A stretch of DNA of 64,000 nucleotides from Tubulanus polymorphus (GCF_964204645.1 NC_134026.1:24090150-24154149), one strand, 5' to 3'; shown: positions 1-13,377, counted from the first letter of the stretch. The notes: generated by a model from the letters alone, not told the origin. A program made the numbers and translations.

Positions 1-509
1 GCCTCCAACAAGCCAGGAGACCTCCTTGGCTTAGGTTAGTCTATAGCTAGTAAACAATTCAAAATGTAGCAATTTCTAAATGTGTAGGATCGACCACATA
101 TTAGGTCTAGCTTTATTTCAACTCTTATGCCTATGTAGTAGGCCCTAGGCCTATATCATCTTAATTACCACAACGTTGCTGTGTTATACTTTGCTCTGCT
201 TGTTCAACCGTGTCCAAGCTCTTTTTTGGCTTTCCTAATTGATGGCTATTAGACTTGGACTTTGATCCGGTCTAGTCACTTCATTCAAGTAAACGATTCT
301 GACTCTTTGAATAAAGCATGCATATATATATATATCTGATAACTAGATTGTCTCAAATATTTGCCGGCCACAGAGAATCACAGTATATTCACATTTATAC
401 AACTCGGCGTAGGTAAATCTTGTAGCCGACAATTAGTGAACGCCACCGGCACACAAAATTACGTCATTGTCGGAATTCCCTTTTCGTTTCCGGATTCCCT
501 ACTGTCGAA

Positions 510-2647
510 ATGGAAATGAATGAGTTTGTTTATGCTGTTGTTAGAAATATTCCAAAGACTTATCACACCAGCGACCTGCGAAATTATTTCTCCCAGTTCA
601 TAGAATCTGGTGGATTTGACTGTTTTCACTTTAAACACCGACCTGAGAAGACTTCGACGTACTCTTCGGAAAACATTCCTTCTTCAACAACAACCAGTTC
701 CTCTTCTGTTGACGCTGCTAATACTGGTGCATGTAATAACTACCAAATGTACAATGATGACAGTGCGAGGCAACGTAAAAAAACCAGTGGATCTGATAGT
801 TTAATGAAAACGTATTGTTGTATTGTACGAATGTCCCCAGAAAATCTAAAACGATTGCTGAAAATGTATAACAGAAAACATTGGTTGGATATAAATGGTG
901 ATTCAATTGCCAGCCTTTGTCAGATATCAAAGATTAAAGTCAAGGATATCGGTGAGAGTCTCCAAGATAATTGTAGAACCTAGTTCATCATCGGGAATTT
1001 CTATTAGGCATGATGGTATTTGTTTACATTCTTACTTCCACACTAATGTCAATTCACAAATTTAGTTTCAGATTCTAAAACTAAAGATTACAAAACTCGC
1101 ATCGAAGAAAAACAGATTCCAACAGATCGTGAAGAATTCACCAAATCAGATCTTAAGACCATGAGGGAATTACACCCACCTCCGCTTATGAAAAATGGAA
1201 ATGTTGGCACACCTACAATGGTGTTCATGGACCTGATAAAACAGTGCAAATTACCCTCGAAAATTATAAAAAGTTTAGGATTAAAGTTCCCTAGATTGCG
1301 GTTAAATAAGCGTTATGGAAAGGTACCATTTGATTATGGAGGCACAGTAGTTGCCGGTACTCTTCCAGATGATGTAGTGTTGAGTGGTGAAGGAACAGAG
1401 ATCATATCTACCGATACGTGTACTCCTATGGTAACTGAGGATGAGAATAGGAAAGCAGAAGAAAATATTTCAAGTAGCTGCGCCACTGGAGAGGACAGTG
1501 ATCCAGATAACGTAAGCATAAATGAAAATTAGAAAATGTTTTATCTCCCTTGAGATAAATATTCAATACAAACTAATGTCATGAGAACTGAATCTACTTA
1601 CTGATAGGATGATGATACATGTGAAGAATGGGAGCGTCATGAAGCCTTATACGATGATCCTGATAACCAAGAAAGAAATAAGGAACGATTGTTCGAGGAA
1701 GAAATTGAACTGAAGTGGGAGAAAGGAGGATCTGGTTTAGTGTTTTATACCGATGCCCAATATTGGCAAGAAAAAGAAGGAGGTATAATGAATTGCAGTA
1801 CTAGTTTATGTTATCAATGAAATTAAGTTTTTTTTGGAGGCATCTTATTACTTCCCAACGCATTTACCATGAGGTAATTTAATTTCGTATGTTTTCATTC
1901 AATTTCTAGATTTTGATGAACAAACTGCAGATGACTGGGACATCGATATGAGTGTTTACTATGAAAAAAATGCTGGCGATAAGGATGCCCGAGATATAAT
2001 GATGATGAGACGAGAGCAGAACCGTCATCAGGGAATTTTCGACAAAGATGATAATACTTTCAGACCATGGAAAAGGATAAAGCAAAAATATTCATGTGAC
2101 AGCAATGATGAGGATGAAATATCAACAAAAAGGATTGGTAGTTTTGAAAAGTTCACTAAAGTAAGTTTGCGTTGATTAATTTAAAAAAAGCTTAAGTAGC
2201 ATGCATATGGGCCTATATTCTTTTCTAGCTGTATCTAAATTTTAGGGTTTTGGTCGTAAACTGATGGAAAAACAAGGCTGGAAAGATGGTCAAGGCTTGG
2301 GCTCTAGTTTTCCTGGAATGGCCGAGGCTCTGGAAAATGATGGACAGAATCCTAAATGTAGACATGGTTTCGGGTAAGTATAAGACATGAAGACAAATCG
2401 AATTGTAAAAAAAATAAATTGTTGATTTATTATCTAAACTATCTTCCTATGTATTTTCAGTTACTACGGCGAAAAACTGACTGATTTCAAAAGTATGAAA
2501 AAGCCAAGAACAGATCGACAATTTATTGTGTCAACAGTTTATGATAAGCATGAAGATACAGATCCACCTGAAACTGTATCGCGTAGAAACAATCATTATG
2601 GACTTAAATACCGCACATCTCGCATTGACTTTGTAAATTCATCTTGA
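510..2647 (+). CDS. GPATCH3: G-patch domain-containing protein 3 (6 exons)
   Basis: Exons 510-951, 1072-1511, 1608-1782, 1910-2160, 2246-2373 and 2461-2647 join in frame via GT-AG. Motifs include NIPKTYHTSDLRNYFSQF, CEEWERHEALYDD, ERLFEEEIELKWEKGGSGLVFYTDA, DFDEQTADDWDIDMS and the G-patch GFGRKLMEKQGWKDGQGLG. Confidence 0.93.
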
Positions 2648-3696
2648 CAATAGATTTTTATTTTGATTAGGTATATTTGTTATTTTCACTATTTTTTGAG
2701 CATTTGTAGGAGCCAAGTCCTTTCATCGTAGGATCATTTGAATATTCCTTGTATGATCAGAAATTCTCCAACAGATTGATGAATGCTATGAAATTGATGG
2801 CAACATGTTATGACATACTAAATAATTCACTCCAGGAAGATAGTAGTCAACCCCCGATAATAGGTTATTTACGATGTTGAAAGTGGACAAACCTACTAGT
2901 ATTCGCTGGCATCAGACGGAGTGGATGGTGACTAGTTGCCAATCAAAGACAAAAACAATGAAATACGCTTAATTACTTTTACAGTGAAATTTATTTTGTC
3001 ACATCCACACACAGTGAAAATCGTACACAGCAGTTTGTATATTTGCAACACGAAAGCTTGTGAAATCAACTTAAATAAGCAACCAAGCGACATATTACAT
3101 TAAAGAATAAATGTTGAAATATGATTTATTCTTGTGAAGAGAAAACTAAACATTATTTGCAGTAAGTGAAATATCTCAACACTAGCTAGTTATAACTCAA
3201 TATATTGTTGAATCTAAAGGCTCATCTACACAAGAGGAAAATCCTTTATCTTCTATCTACACAGACAAAATTGACAAAAAACCCCTTTTTAAAAATGCGG
3301 CTCTGCATAGGCCTACTCATGAGTAGGACCCAACGGAGTCACTTACAAAGGGAAGTATAACTCCCACACCACAACGTTTTTGTAACCGAAAACCTGAGAT
3401 TACAACATTTTGTGTAACCGCACTTCCCCAGTACTAATATTCAATCGTGAAGATGTGCACTTTTCAAAATACATTCTCAAAAAAAGCTGGTTCCAATGAA
3501 GTCAGCTTTTTAATGCCTCTGTGTAGCTGAGCGTTTAAAACCTTTAAGTCAAACAAAAACATGTACTGGAAAAAACTATCGAACTGTTTCCGGACTGAAT
3601 GAATCATGGATTTCAGGTAAAATTAGCTTTTTCTTCGAATTGTGATCTTCAGTCAAACAAATCTTTCAACACAGGGATACATCTATTGTAAGCCTC

Positions 3697-3838
3697 TGGG
3701 GCTGGTTGCATAGTGATGGCTTAGACTTAAGACCAGTCTAAGACCAACTTAGTTCTTTAGCCTATCTAACAACTTAAGACCAGTTTTAAGATTTAAGACC
3801 ACTTTTGGACTTAAGTCACGACTGTGCAACTGGCCCCC
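3697..3838. mobile_element. MITE (~140 bp) with terminal inverted repeats
   Basis: Left end ggggctggttgcatagt versus reverse complement of right end ggggccagttgcacagt. Internal short repeats of cttaagacca. Confidence 0.7.
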
Positions 3839-4892
3839 AGTAATTCAGTGTCATGGAAACAAATATTCATGAACAAACAATTCAATGTTTGATGAATAAT
3901 AAATGCATGTAAAAAAACATAAAAACCTAAATGTTATGAAAAAAATATCACAATTCATAGCACTTAAGATAGAAAAGAGACAGCTTTAAATCAGCTTATA
4001 AAATAAATATTCAATATCACAATGCTTGAGATGTATCTAAAAATGAGTTAACCAGAGGTTAAACTAGCTGTTGAATTAAGAAAAAACTTTGCTACACTTT
4101 ACATGAGATCCACCAGTACAAAAAAATGTATATAAAATGTAAAGCGTTAAGCCAGATTATAGTTTTTATATGCAGACATGGTATAAACCCTTACATGCAC
4201 GTACCTAACACCTACCAGTACACTACACTATTCACTTAAAGCTTATCAAGAAAAAAAATATGTGCATATATTTAAGAAATCTTATCATCAGTAGTAGTAC
4301 AGTCGTACACGGGAAATCCAAAAGTTCCTTTATATCATTGACGACAATTTATCATAGGTTTCTTTGAAAAAATAGAGTTATAAAATTAAAAGTGGGTTAC
4401 ATACAGTAGAGACAGAGGGTTCTGAGCAACACATTGTACCTCTCCACAGCACTTGAGGTAGAAAATGTTAGAATCAAATGGCCAAAATCATATAAACCGT
4501 AATCAAAACTCTGCATCTGTTTCAATTTCTATGAATTGACTAATAGTAAAACAACAGGAAAGTGCTTTAAGCCACAACTTGTACAAGTGAAAAAAATCTC
4601 ACTGAACTTGCCATTTAGGCAATCACAATCAAAGCAATCACATACTGGGTATTCAAGTCTTTCAATGTTGTAAGAATAGGTTTTTACCAACTGGGAATAA
4701 GAAACAAAAAGTTTCCAAATTATCTACTCTGTTATAATCTCTTGTTTTCACTTTAGTCCATAAACCAAGGATAAAATTATAGACCTTGAAGCCTTTCTTT
4801 ATAAGTGGATTATTCATAAGCCAAATTATTTCTGATTTTTCTCCAGTTACTGTACACAGTTTATGCCAGGGAGATGTGTTGATGACTCGTAT

Positions 4893-6569
4893 TCAATCTT
4901 TGCCTATTTTACTTGAAGGAGCTGTCAAATTGACATCTTTCTCGATGATTGGAGTGACTTTTTCACACATTTTTTTGCATTCCTTTTCTCTTTCTTGGAT
5001 CCTTTCAATCCTTGCTTTTTCTTGGGCCTACAAAAATGTTTAGTAGAAACAAATGAAAAACTAGGGGTCCAGGGACACCATGCCCACTTGTGTAGTGGTT
5101 TCAAATGCTCAACAATCTAACAATTTCAATATTCAACGCCCTCTGGTGACCATATACAAAAACCAATAACCTTGAAACTCAATACAATCATTAAACATGT
5201 CAGCAGCTACGATTTTGTAATTGATTGTGATAACAAAAAATGCCTCGTTACTAATTTAATATGGAAATACTAAGTTAATCTACTATCCAACGCCCCCTGG
5301 TGACCATATTCAAAACCCAATAACCTTGTAACTCACCATATTCATAGAACATGTCATGAACTACAACTTTTCAATTGATCATGGTAACAAAATATGCCTA
5401 GGTACCAATATAATAAGGAAATAAAATGTTATTCTACTATTCAACGCCCCCTGGTGACCATATAGAATAACTAATTTCCTTAAAACTCACCACAATCATA
5501 GATGATGTCATGAGCTACAACTTTGCAATTGATTGCGGTAACAAAATATGTATTGGTACAAATAAAATATAGAAATACTAAGATATTGTATTATTCAACA
5601 CCCCCTGGTGGCCATATACAAAAAACCATGAACTTGAAACTCACCCCAATCATAGAACACGTTATACGTTACAACTTTCTAATTCATTGTTGTAACAAAA
5701 TATGCTTAGGTAACAATATAATGTCGAAAACCTTTTCCCACCTATGAATGAGTACTAATGACACCAAGATGGCCGCCAATTGCGTTATAATTGGCGGATC
5801 AAAAATACCTATCTCAGGTATAAAACATCCCTTTACAAAGAATACCCATCACAAATTGCAATGAGAAATGGCAAACCAGTAGGAAGCTACAGGACCTAGA
5901 ATTCTGGCCAAAATTGACATTTTTGGGCACTAAAAAGGTCATAGGACGGCCATCTTGAGTCAGATGGACCCAATTTTTCTTATGCTGATGGGCCCTTGGT
6001 AGATTCAAATATATTCGAAAGATCAAGGTAATTGATCATATCGTCTTCAAAATTTCCCTCGTAAACTTCGAAAATGTGTAAAAAGTGCTGATTTTGGCGA
6101 ACAACAATGGCTGCCAGTCGGCCATCTTGATTCTGATAGGGCCAGTTTTTGGGCTGAAGATGTGTCTAGGGTAGATACATGTATAAACCAAATATCAAGA
6201 CATGCGTCTTCAAAACTTCCCAAAATAACTGGATTCCGTCTACGGACGGACGGACGGACGACGGACGAAAAGTGAACGCAATAGCCCGCTGGGACTAAAG
6301 TCCCAAGTGGGCTAATAAAATACAACAGCATTAATCAATTTCTACTACCTTAATGAATCTCAAATACCAGGTTATAAAAGTAAACTGACCTTCCTCCGTT
6401 CTTCGGCTGCCTTTTGCTTTTCATCCAAGACATCTGGAGTAACCGGTCTAGGCATATGATCACTTAGACGCTTTTTCAATTTTTCCGGCATTTGACCTGA
6501 TGTTTTTCCAACTCCACTATCATCCAATGATACGTTGAATGAAACTGGTCGTTCATTTGCTTCAGACAT
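4893..6569 (-). CDS. Short stathmin-domain protein (~104 aa, 2 coding exons)
   Basis: Exons 6569-6390 and 5027-4893 give MSEANERPVSFNVSLDD...PVTPDVLDEKQKAAEERRK|AQEKARIERIQEREKECKKM...GKD*. The SFxVxL and (L)xEKxxAAEERRK motifs match the stathmin family pattern. Confidence 0.7.
5058..6316 (+). mobile_element. Non-autonomous Helentron-associated (HINE/DINE-1-like) element with internal 154-bp tandem array
   Basis: Subterminal gcccacttg (5082) is complementary to caagtgggc (6304). There is a 3' hairpin tagcccgctgggact-aa-agtcccaagtgggcta and an (acgg)n microsatellite at ~6242-6267. Four 154-bp units are anchored at 5134, 5288, 5442 and 5596. It lies in the stathmin-like gene intron. Confidence 0.75.
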
Positions 6570-7039
6570 GATTTCAGGTCTCCTGAAAAATGAACATGGC
6601 AAAATTAGATTGGTGCAACTAAAACGCACAAAGACAAAAAAACCACACCCAGTCTGACAGGTAAGACTACTCACGAGTATTTACATACAAAATAGGATGA
6701 CAAGTGAAACACTTTGACAACCAAGAATGTAAGAAATCACTAAAGAATGAGCTTTTGCGTTAATCCCTAACACAGTAAGAGTTAAGAGATTAAGCACTGA
6801 CTCATCGCCAATTTCCAGACTTGATTTGAATAAAGATAGTTGTAATTTGACTTTGTTACAATTGAATTGATTGAGTTGCAATATTTTGGCCTTTTACCTG
6901 GATTAGTTCAGATCTTCAGATGCTAACTTTTACTTTGTTTGATAAACTGACTACTCAAACATTCAACATTTGTGTATAAACAATCTGAGTTCGATACTTA
7001 CGATAGTTTTGTGACAAATACTACAAAGGTAATTCAATG

Positions 7040-7180
7040 GAGATTTCACTTCCTGGTTCCAGGTTGAGATTTAATGTCCGTCCTCGTGAGTCATTCGTTA
7101 CCGTTAGATGGCGCTTTATTTATCGCTATTTGCTATAAAAAGATTTTTTGCCACCAGGTAGCGTCAGCCGCTAGTCGATG
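7040..7180. promoter_or_regulatory. Bidirectional promoter region, stathmin-like / MRPL18
   Basis: Lies between divergent genes. Contains ETS-like cacttcctg, YY1/CTCF-like ttagatggcgct and CTCF-like gccaccaggtagcg. Confidence 0.5.
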
Positions 7181-7257
7181 GGATATAGTCATTATCTTGG
7201 TTCATTGAACCATGCATTGATTGAAAATAAATGGTTGTGCATACTTAAGCTGCATTT

Positions 7258-8561
7258 ATGATGGAGAGATTAATAACCAATTTTAGTCGAAGAAATTTTC
7301 CTTTAATTCTTCTGCAATCCTCAAGTAAAAGATTTGTCGGTGAGTTGCCTAACCTAACCGATTAAACCTTGTCCTAGCTTGTGCCTTAAAAGAGTAAATT
7401 CTAGAATTGAATTTACTTTAACTTTAATTCTGTTAAAATGTTTTTTTTTCAATTTCAGGAAACGTTGATGTTAAGTCACAGTTTGAACCTGCAAACCTGA
7501 ATAAAGAAAATGAAACTATAAGTCCAGATTTCATAAATAGAAATCCTAGGTAGAGAATGTTTCTAATTCTTTATTCCATACCAGAATTGTCATATCTCCA
7601 TTATCACAAATCAAGGGCAGGTTTTATCGAGCGAAGTATAAACATTAGTTGAAATATATTCCTCAGAATAGATCAATAGATCTACTTACTTGCAGAAGGG
7701 TCCTTCAGGATGCCCACAGCGTTTATCAAAGGATCTGTGTCTGATTTCATTCAATTTTTCCATATTTACTTTTAGAAATATGGAAATTTTGGGAGTTGCA
7801 CGGAAAAGAGAAGGCTGGCAATTTCAATTTCCTCGGAGGGACTTTTATCATAAGTAAGTTAAAGTGTTCAGACAAAAAGTGGTACAGTATTCTATCATAA
7901 TTCCATCATCAATGAATAATATAATCTAAAAACTTTTCAGATTAATCTTCAATGCTTCAAACCGCAATACCACTGCATCTGTTGTGCACACATCAGGAAA
8001 AGTTGTTGTTTCAGCATCAACAACTGAGTGGGCCATTCGAAAACATCTATATAGGTAAGAATCATATCAAAGTACTTGCATATATGTCCATAATCAAAAA
8101 TACATGATGATGTATGTTTTTTTGCCATTATTCAGTTGGTTGATGCAGTATATTCATTTCAGTTCAACGGATGTTGCAGCTTCTTTGAATATAGGACGAG
8201 TACTTGCTCATAGATGTCTGAAGGCTGGAATTTCTGAAATGCTTTTTGATGAAGAAGAAACTCCACTTGCTGGAGAAAAGGTATGCCCCAGTGTTCCATT
8301 TAAGGATTGAATCGAAGGATTTGTATCATTTATGCAACTTATACTCATGCTCTCTAGGTTTCAAAATTCTACCAAGCTGTCATAGATGGAGGAGTTAGTC
8401 TAGAAGAAATAGAATATCAACCAGCAGAAGAGAAGATTGGGATGGATTACGAAAACTTACCTAAGCAACCAAAAATTAAAGAATTCAGAAAGCCAAATCC
8501 GGGCACTAGAAGACCCGGCAAAAGTAAATACTTGAAGATTTCTGACAAAAATATGATATAG
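7258..8561 (+). CDS. MRPL18: Mitochondrial ribosomal protein L18 (uL18m)
   Basis: Spliced reading gives a basic N-terminal targeting peptide, then FINRNPR|NMEILGVARKREGW, VVVSASTTEWAIRKHLY and STDVAASLNIGRVLAHRCLKAGI. Last exon 8358-8561; AATAAA at 8586. Confidence 0.92.
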
Positions 8562-9144
8562 AACATCTGTAGAAAAGGGATTTTTAATAAAAAATATGTT
8601 CATTTATTAGAATTGTTGTATTGGTATTTTTTTTGTATTGGCATCTTTTCATTCTTAATCAAGGAAGTTCTTAATGGAACAATCACTTCTGTATCATTCG
8701 GTTGAAATTCTGTTGTCTTTTTCCACGTTGCCAAGCATATCGCTTGTCCACAGCAAGTTGACTTTGAATTCTTCTGGATCATTTTGTAAATACAATCAAG
8801 ACCGAACATTGTGGGAATATTCACTCAGTAAATCTATGTACAGTCACCTTTTTAAAGTCATGAATCATGGAGTTCGCACAAATTGTAATGTCCCAATAGT
8901 CTTACTTCAAATAACCTTTAAAATCTCTCTAAAGGGCGCTTCTTTCTAAGTCACATAAAAAGACTGGTTCCCTTCAGGTGACATTCAGTTCCCAAGTACG
9001 TGGAGGTTGACCGTATAAAATTTTTCCTTTGAAACAAATGAACTCTACGTACAAAATCAATAAGTTAAAAGTAGATATCTTTTTCGGTTTCATTCACGAA
9101 CCAATGACATATAATTAATGAAATAGAAATAACACTTGACTACA

Positions 9145-11717
9145 TTAATCAGAATCTGGTGCAGTAACAGATACATGCGAAGTTGCTGCTTTTCTCGCAA
9201 GATATCGTGCTTTAGCATCACTAATTGTGCTATCATTATTACGCCGCGCATATTTTTCCGCATGAGTCTTTTCCTTCACAGGTTCTGGCTGTGGTTTAAT
9301 TTCGACCACATTTTCTGTTTCATCGGCACTATCGCTATCATCTCTATCGGGATTTATATCAGTTTCAGCTGATTTAAGGATTGGTTCTATGGTATCCGGC
9401 TCTAGTTCATCACTATTATCCTTGTTTCGTTGATGTTCCTGATTTATGTTTGTCCTATTACTGTCATTATCTCGATGATGTCTACCGTGACTCGGTTTAT
9501 CGAGATGTCTTTCTCTGCTTCTCTTTTTCATCGATCCAGAATCCCTGTCTCTACTCTTTCTACTGCGACGATCGGGTGAATGCCTTCGACTAGAATCATG
9601 TCTGCGATGGCTTTCACGATCATGGCCGAGTTTTTTTCTTGTGGACGAAACTCTTTCCCTATGTAGTGAAAATATCCAGATATGTTTGAAAGAAATTTTC
9701 ATATTTTGAAATGGAATGAACGGTTATGATACTGAAATGTCATGATATTTTAACTTACCCATCACTACTGCTACCAGAGTCATGATGTGAGCGATAATTC
9801 CGTCTTCTGGTACTCTCTTCATTTTTGACTTTTGACCTATAAGCAATGAGAATAATCATAAATCTTATAATCTAAGGGAATAATGTTACTGAAAAACAAA
9901 ACCTATCTATATTCGGAATAAGAGTAAAACTCACTCAATTCGGATGACTGAGGACTGTCCAGATTTTTCTGAATTAGGAATACTAGTTTACATGGTTCCA
10001 AGTTAACTGGACAAAAGTATTTCATGCGAATTAAGCGAGTATACCGGGACAGATTGAACTGAGGTTTACTGTAGTGATATATGCAGATGTGCAAGACATC
10101 TTCACCATATTACAGCATAGGAAACTAACCTATTCAACTTTTCCTCCGAGCCTGATTTAACTGGACCTTGATCTTCTTCAGTCACTTCTGTTTTAACACT
10201 GAAAAAGGATCAAATTTTATATAAGCTTTCTTTTCCATTGGTGAATTTTACAGTATATTCATAGACTGGAATGATAGTTACCTAACAGTTGCATCCGGTT
10301 CTTCTTTAATATTCACATCTCCAGTTGTTTGTTTGTATAAATTTCTGTAGAATCCACTGAGATCTTTCTGTTTCGTTACATCCAACATTGCTACAAACAT
10401 AAGCAATTAAATCGTATGATACACCCGCAATAATCTCTCCGTTACTATTGATTTATATGACCATGGCCTATAGTTACATACCTTCCATTTCAGCCTCTCT
10501 TTTCTCTTTAGCTTCTGCTTCCTTCATGTCTTCAAGCTTTTTCTTGTAAGCAGATGTCACAAACTCTTCCTTGTCTGCAAATTCATTACCCTCGGCATCT
10601 CTTTCCTTTTGTATTTTCCTCTCTAGTCTTCGCTCATCCTCTTTTTTGCGAGATTCAGCCATTTTCAGCAGCCCAGTGATGTATTTTGGCTACAATGAAT
10701 TAACCACATAATACAGAAAACCTTGAGTTGACTTACCGTAATACAGAACATAGCTAAAATGCGATCAGTGACTTACTTTTCGTTCAGCCTTTTTTTCCTT
10801 CAATTTAGGATCGTTTTTCTGTTTTTGCGACTTCATGTCATCATACACATTGTCGTATTCATAAACACTAGGGTCTTCCGACAGAGCCTTTTCAATTTGT
10901 AGCTGCGTCTACAAATATGAAGTCATACCTTAAGGTTCTGGATCATATACAAACTGACATTTTTGAGGGGTCCCATAAGTCAAAATTTTCAAATACAGTG
11001 ATAATGAGAGTGGCATGCGTGAGAAGTATTGAACATTGAGAATTATTAGATTGAAGATTAATAGGCCTAACATAATATAAATTCACAATGGACATACCTA
11101 CCTGCTTCTTGAAAAGACTCTTTGAAGACTCCTTTTTGATGGCCGATTCAACTTTGTTTTTACCCTGAATTGTAAATTGATTCTATGAAGAATTTCTTTA
11201 TCAAATACAAAATATAGAATTGTTCATCATTGATGATTGGTATGGAATTTACCTCCTCTTCATCGCTGTCATCTTGAAAAGCAGCAAGACGATTTTGTAG
11301 GAATGGGTTATTCACGGATTTAACAGTGGCTGATGATGATGGTTTCTTCTTCAGAATTAATCCATATCTGAAACGGAAAAGATTAAATGATATTAGGACA
11401 CGAAAAGACAAAAGACTTCAAAAAAACTTTCGATTTGATAATTTCAATCTTTAAAAATTGTATATAGGCTCAGGCTTAGTGGGTAATCTAATTCTATTAA
11501 CCGCAAAAACACATAGCCAGCAGGTGCTGCCACCGTGTGACCAAGGAAGAAATGTTGCAAAATAGGCTGAGTCGAACATCGTTTGAGTTGACTTCAAACC
11601 AACCAATTTTATGCCCGTTTTCAAAAATGATAAAAAATATTGTGGACATTTAGATCCACGCACGAGACACTGTTTAGATACGTACTTCTTACCCGTTTTA
11701 CCAATTTCAGCATTCAT
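9145..11717 (-). CDS. NSRP1: Nuclear speckle splicing regulatory protein 1 (CCDC55)
   Basis: MNAEIGKTGKK|YGLILKKK, ALSEDPSVYEYDNVYDDM, PKYITGLLKMAESRKKEDERRLERKIQKERDAEGNEFADKEEFVTSAYKKKL, an RS-rich region, and C-terminal DAKARYLARK. Confidence 0.92.
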
Positions 11718-11927
11718 TCTTGATGTGTTTCAATCGAGCAAGCTCCATGAATTTTAAAATCATAATCGCGGGAGTGGGCTGGACGAAACGTCATTGAATA
11801 CATGACCCACCCACAAATTCTAATCCATGTGAAAAAAATGATAAAATATCAATATGTAATGGCATGGTCTCAGAAATCCAAATAAACTAGCAATTATGAT
11901 TCTAATCACTGAAATGATAACTAATTG

Positions 11928-11946
11928 TGGCCAGTAGGTGGCAGCA
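11928..11946 (+). promoter_or_regulatory. Strong CTCF-consensus motif in the NSRP1/ASPHD divergent interval
   Basis: tggccagtaggtggcagca matches the CTCF core CCASYAGRKGGCRS. Confidence 0.45.
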
Positions 11947-12048
11947 CTCGCAGAACATGTGCCTGTACATGAATCCTTTGACAGATTACAGTCACAACAC
12001 AACGCGTACGATCGCATTACACTGTTCTGATCAGGTTTGTGGCATGAC

Positions 12049-13377
12049 ATGGCGTTCTTGTTTACCATAGATTGCTATCATTTACTAGGTTTTGCTTTGG
12101 GAGTGATAACAACAATAGCATTAGTGTGGTCAAAACTGAAAAAAGAGCTAAAACTTTTTGGGGGCACCACAGCTGATGATGATGCCAGCAGCAGCAGAGG
12201 CAATGATAATGATGAGGAGAAAGACGATGATAGAAAGTTCTCTAAATGCAAATCCGCAGGATGTGTTCGATGCAGTCGAAAGAATTCCGTGATTTCAGCC
12301 GCAGCCGAGCTCTTGGACAACTATCAAAGTGAACATCCGAAAAAGTTACCGCGTAGAATCGAATCAGCAGTCGATAATTACGAAGAGATTTTAACCAAAC
12401 TCAAAGGTTCAATGCAACAACCGAATATTTTTTTCTTACCCGGTCTGCGTACGTCTCCGTTTTGGAATAGTAACTCGTTTTCGAAAGACGCGAACGTGTT
12501 GAAAAAAAGTTTCAACGAAATCAATAAGGAATTTTGCACGGCCTATGCTAAAACTGCCGGCTGGATTACAAATGTCGTTCCGACGGGAGAGTGGCACATT
12601 TATCACTTGATCAATCAGGGCCAAGTTGTTGAAGAGAATGCGAAATGTTGTCCGAAAACGATGAAGATCGCGAGACAAATGGATTCAGCTATGAAGAATA
12701 ATCTATTCGGAAATGTTAGCTTTTCTGTGATCATTCCCGGGACGCATATAACTCCGCATTATGGACCGTGTAATTTCCGTATACGTGCTCACTTAGGTAA
12801 AAATTTATGATTAACGTCAAAAATTATCTTTGCCAGACAGTAGCGGTAGTTAGTTTTTTCCTAAATTGTGATAGTCATTATCTGTTGGACATAAAATACT
12901 CAAGCTGTCTCTATTTTCCGTTACAAGGTTATCACCAAGACAAATTGGGCTGACTGGACTCGTGCCAATTTACTAGTCAGTCATAGTAAATTTATTTCTG
13001 TACTATATTTGGCGTGATGCCAGACCGAACTTGTGTCACATTTTTTTTCCGTACCACTAGCTTCTATTATATTATATGATTATTGTACTAAAGTTGATTG
13101 TATATTTTCAGCTTTGCTCGCTCCGACTCAATGCTCATTAACGGTCAGTGGTATCAGTAAAACCTGGAACGCAAAAGATTGCCTTTTTTTTGATGATTCA
13201 TTTTTACACGAAGTTCAACACACAGGCACCGATGATCACGGACCCCGCGCTGTACTTATCATCGATTTATGGCATCCAGATCTCAAGAACGCGGAACGAA
13301 ATGTGATCGACTATATATTCCCTGGTAGTGGTAGTGGCGAGAAAGTTAACGAACATCCTATAAAAAAGAGATTATGA
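12049..13377 (+). CDS. Aspartate beta-hydroxylase domain-containing protein (ASPHD1/2-like), 2 exons
   Basis: Exons 12049-12796 and 13112-13377. N-terminal TM helix, CKSAGCVRC, FFLPGL, HITPHYGPCNFRIRAHL, FDDSFLHEV and LIIDLWHPDL (Asp/Arg hydroxylase fold). Confidence 0.88.

Noticed and set aside
165-330. Possible minus-strand exon upstream of GPATCH3
   Set aside because: Short, with stops in all frames from the nearby ATGs and no recognisable protein. At most a UTR exon of a divergent gene.
5130-5750. Regularly spaced repeats resembling a CRISPR array
   Set aside because: The whole 154-bp unit is repeated (no unique spacers), the context is eukaryotic, and there are no cas genes. It is a transposon-internal tandem array.
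5523-6331. ORFs 5523-5747, 5814-6026 and 6047-6331
   Set aside because: They lie inside the non-autonomous element and show no transposase or Rep/helicase motifs.
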